64,000 nt of DNA from Bernardetia sp. ABR2-2B (GCF_037126435.1 NZ_CP147020.1:1651293-1715292), one strand, 5' to 3'; shown: positions 30,415 to 40,697, counted from the first letter of the stretch. Translations and numbers: made by a program. The notes: generated from the letters alone by a model not told the origin.

Positions 30415-30945
30415 TTATTGTATCTTAATTTCTTGAATTTTCATAGAGATTCCCCACCCTCCATTTTCACTAAATTTCATTTTTCTATAGGCATCAATAT
30501 TAGGAATATAACCTGTGTTTTTCTTACACAAGTTCAGAATATCATTGGTTAATATAATTGTTTCAAAACTATATAAAGGTATTATTGTATAAAAATATAA
30601 ACTTGCTATTTCAATTATTTTATTAATTGTATCTCTACAATCCTCTCCTATTTCTTCATACCATTTTTTCAATTCTGTATAGGTATTTTCGCTTATAATT
30701 TCAAATTCTTTCACAGAATAATTACTATCATTTATACAACATGGCATTAGTTCAGCTGAAAGTTCTTCCCAGTCTGCAATGTTTATATCTTCATTTTCGA
30801 CAAATTCTTGTAAAAAAGAAATTACGTAATCAAAAGTATCTGTTTTAAGTTCCTCTTTAATCATTAACTCTAGACATTCAATACCAATTGCTACTCTACC
30901 TATTATAGAGATATTTTTGAGATAAAAGTTTTTAAGAAGAATCAT
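30415..30945 (-). CDS. hypothetical acidic cytoplasmic protein
   Basis: 176-aa ORF with no motifs. Acidic and W/Y-rich composition. Confidence 0.3.
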   Translation of the reverse strand: MILLKNFYLKNISIIGRVAIGIECLELMIKEELKTDTFDYVISFLQEFVENEDINIADWEELSAELMPCCINDSNYSVKEFEIISENTYTELKKWYEEIGEDCRDTINKIIEIASLYFYTIIPLYSFETIILTNDILNLCKKNTGYIPNIDAYRKMKFSENGGWGISMKIQEIKIQ

Positions 30946-31031
30946 AGTTTAGCTTTATAATTACTGATTTCATTTTTTCTTCGCTATTAAGGTGTCCTTA
31001 CCAACGATTTTCTGACAGGCAAAATTGATTA

Positions 31032-31958
31032 TTACACCCAAACTGTCAATGCCTTTGATATAACTTTGTATTCTATACTTGTTCCTAAACCTCTTGACTC
31101 TCCATCTATATGTGCAGGAATAGCAGTATCAAAAGTGATTTTTACTTTCGAAACTTTGTAGGTTTCTATATACTCATTTTGAGGAAGGGTTCGCTTAAAT
31201 ACTTGCCATATAATCTTTATAGCTTGTAGAGCTGGAAAAGGTTTTAGAATACAAATATCTAGCTTTCCGTCTTGAATATCTGCCTGTGGAGCAATGTAAG
31301 CATTATTTCCATACTGTGATGCATTAGCAAACGTTACCAAAAATGCTTCTTTTTTTACTTGTTGATTATCAAACTCAAGTGTATAATTAAGAGGTTTATA
31401 AGAAAATAACTCTCTCAAAGTAAAATAAGCATACCCACCTAATCCACGGAAAGCACGTGAAGCAAAAGAAGCACTCACATGAGCATCAAAACCAACCCCA
31501 GATGTACAGAAAAAATAGTTTCCATTTGCAGTAGCTGCATCAATGACTATTTTTTTAGGCTCTAATAACCTTTTAATTGCTTCTTCTGTACCAAGTGGGA
31601 TACCCAAATGACGTGCTAAACCATTTCCAGAACCTTGTGGAATGATAGCCAGAGCTGTCTTTGTTTTGATAAGAGTTTGAGCAATTTCATTGATTGTCCC
31701 ATCTCCTCCTACTGCCACCACAACGTCATAATTGGATTCACTAGCTTGTTTTGCTAACTCTATTGCATGTCCTGCAAAATTAGTGTAGGCAATATCATAA
31801 TGAATACCTGAAAGCTTTAGGGTTTCATGAATGAGTGTAACTATGTCTTCTTTTTTTTGAGTTCCAGAAACAGGGTTTATGATAAAGACAATTTTAGTTG
31901 CCTTTTCTTCTTCTATTTTAAAGGTGTTTTCTATAATTGATGTTGATTCTGATTCCAT
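31032..31958 (-). CDS. diacylglycerol-kinase-family lipid kinase (YegS/DgkA-like)
   Basis: DAGK catalytic motif VVAVGGDGTINE, plus GSGNGLARHLGIP. Confidence 0.75.
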   Translation of the reverse strand: MESESTSIIENTFKIEEEKATKIVFIINPVSGTQKKEDIVTLIHETLKLSGIHYDIAYTNFAGHAIELAKQASESNYDVVVAVGGDGTINEIAQTLIKTKTALAIIPQGSGNGLARHLGIPLGTEEAIKRLLEPKKIVIDAATANGNYFFCTSGVGFDAHVSASFASRAFRGLGGYAYFTLRELFSYKPLNYTLEFDNQQVKKEAFLVTFANASQYGNNAYIAPQADIQDGKLDICILKPFPALQAIKIIWQVFKRTLPQNEYIETYKVSKVKITFDTAIPAHIDGESRGLGTSIEYKVISKALTVWV

Positions 31959-32153
31959 AGTATTGTGGTGTTGCTTGTGGAAATACCGTATCTATCAAGT
32001 TATTGAGAAATTTTGATGTTACTTATAAGTCTCGTATTGATAAGTATTTGTATTAAAAATCTATCCATATATCGTTTCCAACTAAAAAGCATAATTTTAC
32101 ATATAGTCATTTGACTTGATAGACATAGTATAACATTAGCAATATATATCAAT

Positions 32154-33692
32154 TTACAGTTTTTCTAAATAGACAATAACAGCTTTTCTTATATCTGATT
32201 GTGGACTATCTATATCATTAGACGAAACTACATTTGTAATCTCTTTATTAGTGTCCTTATTCATAAAAGCCATATTATTTTCTCTGCCTGTCAGGTTATA
32301 ATCGTTTGTTACAATTTTGTATTGTTTGTCTTCTTGAATGACTTTTTTGTTAAGCGTCCAGCCATTTTGAGCATCAAACTCTAGCTTTTCTTGATATTGT
32401 AAATATCCTCCTGTTCCTTTATTTTTTAATCCTGCGTTCAGAAAATCAATTAAAACTTTGCCTGAAGTCTCAAACTGGTATATTTTTCCACCAAAAGGAA
32501 GCATTCTCAAAATATCATACTCTGTAATCATTCCTGTCAGTTGGTCATCTAAGCGCACCGAACCACTCCCCAAAATAGCTATCTCTGCACTCGGAAAAGC
32601 ATTTGCCATCGCATCTACAATTAAAGTCCCTGCATTGGTTTGATGATTTCTGATAGTTGCTTCTCTTGCGTCTAAAGGCTCTTTAAGGTCATATACTTTT
32701 TTGTCTGGAGTAAAACCTTGTACAGTAAAAACGGAATCAGCAATAGCATCCCATTTTTCGATAACTGCCTTTGCAGTTGGCTCGTAGCCAATCGAATTAT
32801 CTATTGTCTTTAGCTCCGAATCTATATTTAGTTCTTTTGTTTTTTTGTTGTAAGTAAGTCTATGGATATACGCTGTTCTTGCATTTGCATCAGCTTTTGC
32901 CATAATCGTTTTTCCATAAGTAAACTTCATATTTTCATGGTCATGTCCTCCCATCAGAAGTTTTAGATTAGGAACAACACCTGCTAGTTTTTCATCTTCA
33001 TTTTCCAAAAGGTGTGTAAGTGCGACCGTGAAGTCTGTTTGAGTTTCTATTTCTTGAGAAACTTTTTTAGCTGTTTGATATTCGTCTGTATAGCGCACAA
33101 AATCAGGTTGGTTGTAGCTTGTCGTAATCCCCAAAATACCTACTTTTATACTTTTTCCTGCCGAGTTTTTGGGTTCTATTGTTAGATAAGTAGGAAGCTC
33201 TTTTCCGTTTCTAGTAAAAGGTTGAATCATTTCATCTTTATAATAAAAGGTATTTGTAGCAATCCATTCAAATTCAGATTCATCAATTCTTTCCAACACT
33301 TCATTTTCTTTTAGATCAAACTCATGATTTCCAAAGGTTACAAAGTCTATTTTTGCTGCATTCATAGCATCTATCATTTGCTTACCCGAAATTCTTTTCC
33401 CATTCAATTTTAAAGTTCCCAAAACAGAAGGGTTTAAGAAATCACCTGACAAGATTAAATATGTATTTGGATTTTCTTCCAAGAGTTGTTTTTTGAGCTG
33501 TGCTACTCGTGCCAAATTACCAAACTTACCTCCACTTACGCCACCTATTTCATAGACATCATTTATATGTAGAAAAGTAAGTTTTACAATATCTCCATCA
33601 TTATTTTGAGATGGGTTTTGAGACGAACGACAACTTGCAAAGGCAATTAAAAAAATAAAAATCCAAAAAGTAGATATAGAAAAGTGTTTCAT
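32154..33692 (-). CDS. bifunctional metallophosphatase/5'-nucleotidase, exported
   Basis: Signal peptide, metallophosphoesterase motifs (HINDVYE, GNHEFD, GGHDH), and a C-terminal 5'-nucleotidase-like domain. Confidence 0.75.
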   Translation of the reverse strand: MKHFSISTFWIFIFLIAFASCRSSQNPSQNNDGDIVKLTFLHINDVYEIGGVSGGKFGNLARVAQLKKQLLEENPNTYLILSGDFLNPSVLGTLKLNGKRISGKQMIDAMNAAKIDFVTFGNHEFDLKENEVLERIDESEFEWIATNTFYYKDEMIQPFTRNGKELPTYLTIEPKNSAGKSIKVGILGITTSYNQPDFVRYTDEYQTAKKVSQEIETQTDFTVALTHLLENEDEKLAGVVPNLKLLMGGHDHENMKFTYGKTIMAKADANARTAYIHRLTYNKKTKELNIDSELKTIDNSIGYEPTAKAVIEKWDAIADSVFTVQGFTPDKKVYDLKEPLDAREATIRNHQTNAGTLIVDAMANAFPSAEIAILGSGSVRLDDQLTGMITEYDILRMLPFGGKIYQFETSGKVLIDFLNAGLKNKGTGGYLQYQEKLEFDAQNGWTLNKKVIQEDKQYKIVTNDYNLTGRENNMAFMNKDTNKEITNVVSSNDIDSPQSDIRKAVIVYLEKL

Positions 33693-33828
33693 TGTATGTT
33701 GATGTCTTTATTTATCAAACAAAAATAGAAAGCAAACAAGTTTTTTGTTTACTTTCTATTTTATCGTGTTCTAATTAATACTATAAATTTATGAAAAAAT
33801 AATTACAATTCACTTTTATATCTTAAAA

Positions 33829-36552
33829 CTAGCTGACCTTGAAGCCTATAACTAGTACGTCGTCTATTTGCTCATACTCTCCACCTAACCACGACTGAAA
33901 CTCTAGTTTCAAGATTTGTTCTTGCTCTTCGAAAGGTTGATTATGAATTTCTATTAAAAATTCTCTAAATCGCTTTTTCATATACTTCCTACCTTCTTCT
34001 CCTCCAAATTGGTCTTGAAAGCCATCAGAAAACATATAAAAAGTAGTTGGAGCAGTAATATCAACTGTTTCTTTATGAAAGAATCGCTCTACATCAAGTC
34101 TTTCTCCACCAATGGGCATTTTATCTCCTTTTAATCTTTCTACTTTTCCATTTTGGATATAAACAACTTCATTTTTTGCACCTGCAAAATGAACTTTTTT
34201 ACTTTCTTGATCAACTACACAAAGTGTCATATCCATTCCATCTCTATTATCTGTCGCTCTCTGATTAAGTGCATTTATAACTCCAAAATGTAAATCATGA
34301 AGAATTTGATCTGGCTCATGTATATTCCTAGCATTTACTGTTTCGTTCAAAACATCATTTCCAATCAATGACATAAATGCCCCTGGAACGCCATGCCCCG
34401 TACAATCACAAGCAGCAATAATACACTTTTTGTCAGAAACTTGACTAAACCAATAAAAGTCTCCACTTACAATATCTCTAGGCTGAAAAAAGATAAATGA
34501 TTCAGGTAATGCTTTTTTTACTCTATTCACATTTGGTAGCATCGCTGTTTGTATTCTCTTAGCATAATTAATACTAGAAGTAATATCTTGATTTTTTTTC
34601 TCAATAATCTCTTTCTGATCTTCTAGTTCTACTAAAGAAGCTCCTAAAGCAAGATTTTTTTCCTCTATACTCATCTTAACAAGTGTAAGCTGCTCATTTG
34701 TGGTTTGAAGTTCCTCTGAATTTTGTCTCAATTCTTCTTCTGATGCTTGAAGTTCTTCATGTTTTTGAACAATCTCTTTCTTCTGATTTTCTAAAAGAGC
34801 ATTTTGTGCCTCAATTTTTTTGTTTTTCTTTTTGTTTTGAATAAACGCAAAAAGAGCAAAACCAAATAATACAAGAGCAGCTATAGCAATTAGATAAGCA
34901 ATGTATTTAGAAGACTTTTGTTTTGCAGTCTCCAATCGTTCCTTTTCATTTTCTAATTCTTTGAGTTGATTTTGCTGTTTAAGAATTTCTTTTTCTTTCT
35001 TCTGCTTCTCGGCCTCAAGAGCTTGTTCTCTTAATTGAGCTGCATTTTCTCGTCGTTCGTTTTCCAAGATTTGAATATCTTGTTTTCTTTTAGCTGCATC
35101 AAGCTCATTTTTGGCAAGTAAGAGAGCTTGTTGAGTTTGTTCTCTTTGAAGCACTGCATTTTCTATCTCACTTTTACGCAACTCACTTTCACTCTTTAAA
35201 AGCTGATTTTCCTTTGCTTGTTTTTCAGCTTCACTACGTATTTTTTCTAACCTTAGACGTTCTTGTTCTCTATCATTTTCATATTGAACTAATTGAGTTT
35301 CTTGTCTTTCAGCTTCTGTGCGTTGTCTTTGTAATTCTTCTTTCTCTTGGGCTGTTGCTGCTTCTAGTTTTTCTTTTATATCTGTATATTTTTTGAAGGC
35401 TTCTTGAGACTGTCTGAAATCTCCTTCATATTCCCAAATTTTAGATAAAAGCAAATACGAATCAGCCAATGTGCTTTGCTGATTATTTTTTTCTGCAATC
35501 GCTATTGCCTTTCCTACTTTTGCCCTAGCCTCTTGTGCATGAGCAGCTAAGTATTCATTTGCACCTAAATAATTATAAGATTCTGCAATAGCTGCAACAT
35601 CATTTTTTTCTTCATTTATTTTTAAGGCTTCTTGATATTGAGCTTGTGCAGCAGAAAATTTTTTGAGCGCAGTGTAAGTTACACCCAAGTTATTAAAAAC
35701 AACCTCATCTTTTTTCTTGATTTTTCCAAGTGCTTCAAGAGCTTTTTCGAAATAAGAAATAGCTTCTTTTTCTTGCTCTAACTGTCTATACAAATATCCA
35801 ATGCTATTGGCAGCAAAAGCTACTTGCTCTAAATTATCTCCTTTTTCTACTTCTAAGTTATACTTTTCAATAGAATATTTAAGAGAGTTTTCTGGGTGCT
35901 TTACTCTACTTACAATAGCCAATTTTCCTAAAGAAAATGATATAAGCCCTTTATTTCCTGTTTTTTTGTCTTCTTCTAATAGCTTTATATAGTTTTGTTC
36001 AGATTTTTCATAATCTCCATTCAAAAACTGATTATGAGCTATTTTTCTATTGAGTTCCGTTATTTCTTTATCCTTATTATTAGATTTATAAATCTGTTTT
36101 GCCTTCTCAAAATTTTCTATTGCTTTATCATAAGCAAACCAATTTTGATATAAAAGTCCGATTTCTGTAAAGACTTCGGCTTTTCCTAAAACAGCTTTTT
36201 CTTTGTCTTCTTCCACTCTCTCAAATTGCGTATTTGCTTGAACGGCATAATTAAGAGCTGTAGAATAATCGTTTTGATAACGGTATGCCCTAGAGATAAC
36301 TGTCAGTAGTTTTCCTCTTTGGAAGGCATTATTATTATTCTTCAAAGCTGTCTGTGCATGTCGAATCGCTTGATTGTAATTTCCTTTTTCTAGATGATAA
36401 GACGGAGAATCTTCTTGTGCCAAAACAGAAAAAGACAAAAATACAAAAAGAAATATATTTACACACAAGAAAACTAACCAATTACTTATTTTTATTGAAG
36501 GAGAATAAGTAATTATACTATTATTTTTTATAGAAATAAATGCTAGTTTCAT
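33829..36552 (-). CDS. transmembrane signalling protein: exported TPR array, single TM helix, coiled coil, and a C-terminal PP2C/SpoIIE-type Ser/Thr phosphatase
   Basis: N-terminal signal-like segment and many TPR units. A hydrophobic helix (YIAYLIAIAALVLFGFALFAFIQ). Long E/K/Q-rich coiled coil. PP2C domain (DFYWFS...IIAACDCTGHGVPGAFMS). Confidence 0.7.
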   Translation of the reverse strand: MKLAFISIKNNSIITYSPSIKISNWLVFLCVNIFLFVFLSFSVLAQEDSPSYHLEKGNYNQAIRHAQTALKNNNNAFQRGKLLTVISRAYRYQNDYSTALNYAVQANTQFERVEEDKEKAVLGKAEVFTEIGLLYQNWFAYDKAIENFEKAKQIYKSNNKDKEITELNRKIAHNQFLNGDYEKSEQNYIKLLEEDKKTGNKGLISFSLGKLAIVSRVKHPENSLKYSIEKYNLEVEKGDNLEQVAFAANSIGYLYRQLEQEKEAISYFEKALEALGKIKKKDEVVFNNLGVTYTALKKFSAAQAQYQEALKINEEKNDVAAIAESYNYLGANEYLAAHAQEARAKVGKAIAIAEKNNQQSTLADSYLLLSKIWEYEGDFRQSQEAFKKYTDIKEKLEAATAQEKEELQRQRTEAERQETQLVQYENDREQERLRLEKIRSEAEKQAKENQLLKSESELRKSEIENAVLQREQTQQALLLAKNELDAAKRKQDIQILENERRENAAQLREQALEAEKQKKEKEILKQQNQLKELENEKERLETAKQKSSKYIAYLIAIAALVLFGFALFAFIQNKKKNKKIEAQNALLENQKKEIVQKHEELQASEEELRQNSEELQTTNEQLTLVKMSIEEKNLALGASLVELEDQKEIIEKKNQDITSSINYAKRIQTAMLPNVNRVKKALPESFIFFQPRDIVSGDFYWFSQVSDKKCIIAACDCTGHGVPGAFMSLIGNDVLNETVNARNIHEPDQILHDLHFGVINALNQRATDNRDGMDMTLCVVDQESKKVHFAGAKNEVVYIQNGKVERLKGDKMPIGGERLDVERFFHKETVDITAPTTFYMFSDGFQDQFGGEEGRKYMKKRFREFLIEIHNQPFEEQEQILKLEFQSWLGGEYEQIDDVLVIGFKVS

Positions 36553-36703
36553 TAGGTGGTATAAAAATGAAAAACTATTTAAGTAGGATTATTTTGGATA
36601 TTTTTTGATTGATTAATTAAGGGAATAAATCAATGTATCAATTTGATGATTTTTTTATTAAAATGCAAACTGAATTTAGGCTTATTCTATAAATAAAAAC
36701 AAT

Positions 36704-37138
36704 CTATTCATTTTGTTTCTCAAGTTTTAACTCTCTGAAATACAAAAACAAAGGAAAGGCAAAGGCAATCGCCACCAAAAAAGTAAGTGGAATAAAAATC
36801 CACCAGTATTTCATTTTTAACTTTCTTGCTTCTGGAATATACCACGCAAAAAATGTAAATACCACTACCATCAAATCAGCACTAAACGAACGAGCAGGAA
36901 AAGTCGTTTTTGTTTGGGCAATATAATTTAAGATAGACGTATTTTCTTCTGTCAAGTAAAATTGAATATTAAAATACCACGTCCAACAAATACCTAAAAG
37001 AGCCAAAAAGAGATAAACGTATTTGAGTTTCATAGATTTTGAAAAGGTTAGAATTACTATATTTCTAAATATAGAACTTTTTTGTGTAAATTTGTTTAGA
37101 TTGTAAAACCATTTTTTAACCTGAAAAATAAATTTCAA
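36704..37138 (-). CDS. small membrane protein (hypothetical)
   Basis: Three predicted TM helices. The start is possibly at the internal MKLKYVYLFL. Confidence 0.3.
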   Translation of the reverse strand: MKFIFQVKKWFYNLNKFTQKSSIFRNIVILTFSKSMKLKYVYLFLALLGICWTWYFNIQFYLTEENTSILNYIAQTKTTFPARSFSADLMVVVFTFFAWYIPEARKLKMKYWWIFIPLTFLVAIAFAFPLFLYFRELKLEKQNE

Positions 37139-37600
37139 ATGAATAGAGTAAAAGTAGATTTGCCAGACCAGTTTTTATTCAAAACAGAAATTCCTGTTCG
37201 AATTACAGACCTCAATTATGGTGGACATGTCGGAAATGATGCTATGCTTAGTTTGGTACACGAAGCTAGAGTTCAGTTTTTTATGAGTGAAGGCTTCAAA
37301 AGTGAACTTGATATTATGGGTTTGGGTGTAATTATGGCTGATGTTGCGATGCAGTTTAAAGGAGAAGGATTTTATGGGAATGTTTTTGAGGTTTATGTAA
37401 CTGTTGGAGGACTTTCTTCTTCTGGTTTTGATTTGTATTATAAGTTTATTGACCAAGAATCAAGACGAGAAATATTGAAAGTAAAGACAGGAATGGTTCT
37501 TTTTGATTATAAAAACAGAAAAATTGCAGCCCTACCCGAAGAGCTCAAAAAACGTTGGCAACTCCCACACCCAGAAAGTCGTTTGATAAGCAATGAATGA
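37139..37600 (+). CDS. hotdog-fold acyl-CoA thioesterase (4HBT/YbgC-like)
   Basis: YGGHVGNDAMLSLVHEARVQFF pattern and ~150-aa size. Confidence 0.5.
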   Translation: MNRVKVDLPDQFLFKTEIPVRITDLNYGGHVGNDAMLSLVHEARVQFFMSEGFKSELDIMGLGVIMADVAMQFKGEGFYGNVFEVYVTVGGLSSSGFDLYYKFIDQESRREILKVKTGMVLFDYKNRKIAALPEELKKRWQLPHPESRLISNE

Positions 37601-37674
37601 TTTTTTTAGTGATTAGTGGTAAGTTAATAAGTGATTAATGAATTATTTTTTTAGATTGAACAAACTCATTATTT

Positions 37675-38334
37675 ATGAAAAAAATATCTTTTTCTAGTTT
37701 TTATTTTACTACTTTTTGTAAGATAGTAGTAATGAGTTTGTTTTGCCTTTCTTGTACTTCTGAAAACAAAGAAACTACAAATGAAGATTTAGAAATGGCT
37801 AATTTTTCCCCTGCTCTTCATTTCGAAAAACTAGAAAAGCAAAACAGAGAAGCTGCTGATAGTTTGGAAGCTTTGTATGATATTCATTACCGAGCTTTAG
37901 AACAAGATTCGATGATGCGAAGAAAAGGCGATTTGCTTAGAAAACGCACCGAAACTATGTTGCAGCATATAGACAAAACCTATTATGACCTTGCTCGTCT
38001 TTTGGATAATATTCCTGCTAACAAAACCTACAAAGAGGCTACTACTTTATTTTTTATTGGAAAAAATAAAAAAGGAAGAGGTTATAAATTAGAAGAAGAG
38101 CTAAGTGAATATGTAGCTGAAATGAATAAAATTGATAAAAAGTGGAATTTTACTTCGCCTTTTGCTTCTCAAAATGACATAGAACTTTTACACGACAAAA
38201 ATACTGACTTAGTAGAAGCCCATTTTCAAAAGACCTTTCCAGAAGCTGCCTTTGCCTTTCTTAGTGCGCTCAAAAAAGAGGTTATCTTGATAGAACTACA
38301 AGCAATTGATGAACTAGCAAAGAGAAATAAATAA
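37675..38334 (+). CDS. hypothetical lipoprotein
   Basis: Signal/lipobox ...MSLFCLSCTSEN. No recognisable domain. Confidence 0.35.
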   Translation: MKKISFSSFYFTTFCKIVVMSLFCLSCTSENKETTNEDLEMANFSPALHFEKLEKQNREAADSLEALYDIHYRALEQDSMMRRKGDLLRKRTETMLQHIDKTYYDLARLLDNIPANKTYKEATTLFFIGKNKKGRGYKLEEELSEYVAEMNKIDKKWNFTSPFASQNDIELLHDKNTDLVEAHFQKTFPEAAFAFLSALKKEVILIELQAIDELAKRNK

Positions 38335-38344
38335 GTTTTTGAGA

Positions 38345-38995
38345 TTATGAAGTTTCATTTTTGAGAGCTTTCTCATTATTTTTCGCTTCCTTGTCTTTCT
38401 CCTGACTCAAATTTCCTTTTACAAAACATTTTCTACAACGAGCTTCGTATTCGGTTTTTTCACCTAACAAAATCTTTTGCTTTGAAGGAGTAAGGCGAAA
38501 AGAATAGGCTGCCACTTTTCCACAACACATACAAATAGCATGTACTTTGGTTACATATTCTGAAATAGCCAAAAGATGAGGCATTATTCCGAAAGGCTTA
38601 CCTGCAAAATCCATATCCAAACCAGCAATAACGATTCGTTTTCCTTGATTGGCTAAAGTCTGACAAACATTAACTAATTCTTTATCAAAAAATTGTGCTT
38701 CATCAATTCCGATAACTTGACAGTCCATTTCTTTCAAAATTTCTAAAATATCTGTTGATTTTTTTACGGCTATTGAATCAATTTCGTTTTGGTTGTGAGA
38801 AACCACTTTTTGGTCGTCGTAACGAGTATCGATGGCAGGTTTGAAAATTTGGACACATTGCCGAGCAATTTTAGCACGAGTAAGACGACGAATAAGTTCT
38901 TCTGTTTTGCCAGAAAACATAGAGCCACAGACGACTTCTATCCAGCCCCCCTCCACAGGGTGGTCTAAGTGATGTATGGTAGGTTCGATGTGCAT
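38345..38995 (-). CDS. tdk: thymidine kinase
   Basis: P-loop VCGSMFSGKTEELIRR and a C-terminal Zn-ribbon (CMCCGK...CRKCF). Confidence 0.85.
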   Translation of the reverse strand: MHIEPTIHHLDHPVEGGWIEVVCGSMFSGKTEELIRRLTRAKIARQCVQIFKPAIDTRYDDQKVVSHNQNEIDSIAVKKSTDILEILKEMDCQVIGIDEAQFFDKELVNVCQTLANQGKRIVIAGLDMDFAGKPFGIMPHLLAISEYVTKVHAICMCCGKVAAYSFRLTPSKQKILLGEKTEYEARCRKCFVKGNLSQEKDKEAKNNEKALKNETS

Positions 38996-39012
38996 GAATA
39001 AATTTAGAAGTT

Positions 39013-39113
39013 AGATTTCAGAAGTTAGAAGTGAACTAAAATTGCAAATGAAATACAAAGTTAGAAATAAAAAGTAATTTGCATTTACTTCTGAAATCTA
39101 ATTTCTGAAATCT
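39013..39113. other. long nested palindrome in the tdk/PhzF intergenic region (candidate terminator or regulatory hairpin)
   Basis: agatttcagaagt (39013-39025) pairs perfectly with acttctgaaatct (39087-39099). The right arm is duplicated (39102-39113). The inner loop contains a second inverted repeat (attgcaaat...atttgcat). Confidence 0.4.
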
Positions 39114-39117
39114 AAAT

Positions 39118-40065
39118 TTATATCCTTCCATTTCCTTCTAAAGTAGTGATTCCTTTTCCAATTAGCAAGACTTGATTATATTTCCCTAGTTTATTTTCGT
39201 CTTCTAGTAATTCTAAATGAATTTCTCCTCCTCGTTTTGAAGCTTGATAAGCAAAAAAGCTATTCTTATTTAACTTAGGTTGCCAATATTTTGCAAAAAG
39301 TCCGTGAGAGACAGCCGAAAGTGCATCTTCATTAATTCCAATCCAAGGACAAAAAAGACGAGATATAAAATCATATTTTTTGTTAGATTTAGAATTTCCT
39401 TTTGTAGTAATTCCTACTTTCTTGATAGGAATCGTGTAGTTATTTTTTACTAATTTTTCGAAGTTTGGTTGCAAGTTTTCCAACTCTTCTTGGTGTTCAA
39501 ACTCAAAAATCAATGTTTGTTTAATAGGAAAATAAACACAAGAATTGATTTTCTGATTTTCAATTCCTAAATAATTTAATAAATCAGAATCAGCAGTCTT
39601 TTCTTCAAACTTTTCTTCTACTGGAAACTGCATTTTGATAAAGTCTTTATCTCCTTCAAAATCATCTTTTCGAATAAGCAAATCGCCACTTCTTGTACGA
39701 AAACTTACCTCTGTGTGAATATTTTGTATTTCCTCAAAAATTACGTGTGCAGCAGCAAGGGTTGCGTGTCCACAAAGGTTAGTTTCTTCGTTTATCATAA
39801 ACCAACGCACCTCAAAAAGATTTGCTGTTTTCCATTCTGAATCTCCCTTTCCATTAGCTAAAGGACGCAAAAAAGTAGTTTCGGGCAAATACATTTCTCT
39901 AGCAATATTGAGATATTGTTCATCTGTTAGAGCTTCATCACACAAAAAAACAGCAGCAGGGTTTCCACTAAAAGGTTTTGGGGCAAAAGCATCAACTTGA
40001 TAAAAAGGAATTTTTTGAGAAGAGACAGAGTTCATAAAAGACAAAAATAAAAGAATAAAAGACAA
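39118..40065 (-). CDS. PhzF-family (phenazine-biosynthesis-like, DapF-fold) isomerase
   Basis: N-terminal IPFYQVDAF...SGNPAAVF signature typical of PhzF-family proteins. Confidence 0.7.
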   Translation of the reverse strand: MSFILLFLSFMNSVSSQKIPFYQVDAFAPKPFSGNPAAVFLCDEALTDEQYLNIAREMYLPETTFLRPLANGKGDSEWKTANLFEVRWFMINEETNLCGHATLAAAHVIFEEIQNIHTEVSFRTRSGDLLIRKDDFEGDKDFIKMQFPVEEKFEEKTADSDLLNYLGIENQKINSCVYFPIKQTLIFEFEHQEELENLQPNFEKLVKNNYTIPIKKVGITTKGNSKSNKKYDFISRLFCPWIGINEDALSAVSHGLFAKYWQPKLNKNSFFAYQASKRGGEIHLELLEDENKLGKYNQVLLIGKGITTLEGNGRI

Positions 40066-40196
40066 TTAAAGCAGTAGAAACAACACTTTAAGCAAAGTGT
40101 TTGGATAACACGAAGATAATTTTTGAAAAAGAGTTACAAAAAAACGATTATTTTCTTAGAATTCCGAATAAAAGTTAGTTAAAGCTGATTTAGAGC

Positions 40197-40236
40197 ATAA
40201 AAAAAACACTTCTACATTTAAGTAAAAGTGTTTTAG
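40197..40236 (-). terminator. terminator downstream of the small T9SS-CTD gene
   Basis: aaaacactt-(14-nt loop)-aagtgtttt, with an A-run on the plus strand that reads as a T-run on the minus strand. Confidence 0.45.
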
Positions 40237-40259
40237 AAGTAAAATAGTTTTGTCATAAA

Positions 40260-40697
40260 TTAATGTTTTACCACAAATTTCTTAGTAATTAAACTTGTAT
40301 TATTTACCGAAATCGTATAAAAATAAATTCCTGTTTTCATATTACCCACAGAAATTTGAAGGCGATTATCATACTTATTCAATCTATGTTCTGCAACTAC
40401 ACTACCCAAGAGGTTATAAACTGTGATTTTGCCCTCTGACATTTTATCAGTAATTCGATAATCAAACTGAATATAATGAGTTGCTGGATTTGGATAAGCT
40501 TCAGAAATTTCAATTTTATCAGCTTCATTTGTACTAGAAGTGATAGTTTGAAGATTTTGAGCGTATGAAAATGATGAATACGAAACAGCCATAAAAAATA
40601 CTAGAGCTACCAAAATAGACTTTGTAAGTGATTTGATAGACAGATTTGGCTGTTGAGGTGGTTTTTTAGAGAAAGATAGAAGCTGATTTAATTTCAT
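40260..40697 (-). CDS. small secreted protein consisting essentially of a signal peptide plus a T9SS C-terminal sorting domain
   Basis: 145 aa. Hydrophobic signal-like segment (SILVALVFFMAVSYSSFSYAQN). The C-terminal YPNPATHYIQFDYRI...ITVYNLLGSVV...GIYFYTISV pattern matches a T9SS CTD. Confidence 0.6.
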   Translation of the reverse strand: MKLNQLLSFSKKPPQQPNLSIKSLTKSILVALVFFMAVSYSSFSYAQNLQTITSSTNEADKIEISEAYPNPATHYIQFDYRITDKMSEGKITVYNLLGSVVAEHRLNKYDNRLQISVGNMKTGIYFYTISVNNTSLITKKFVVKH

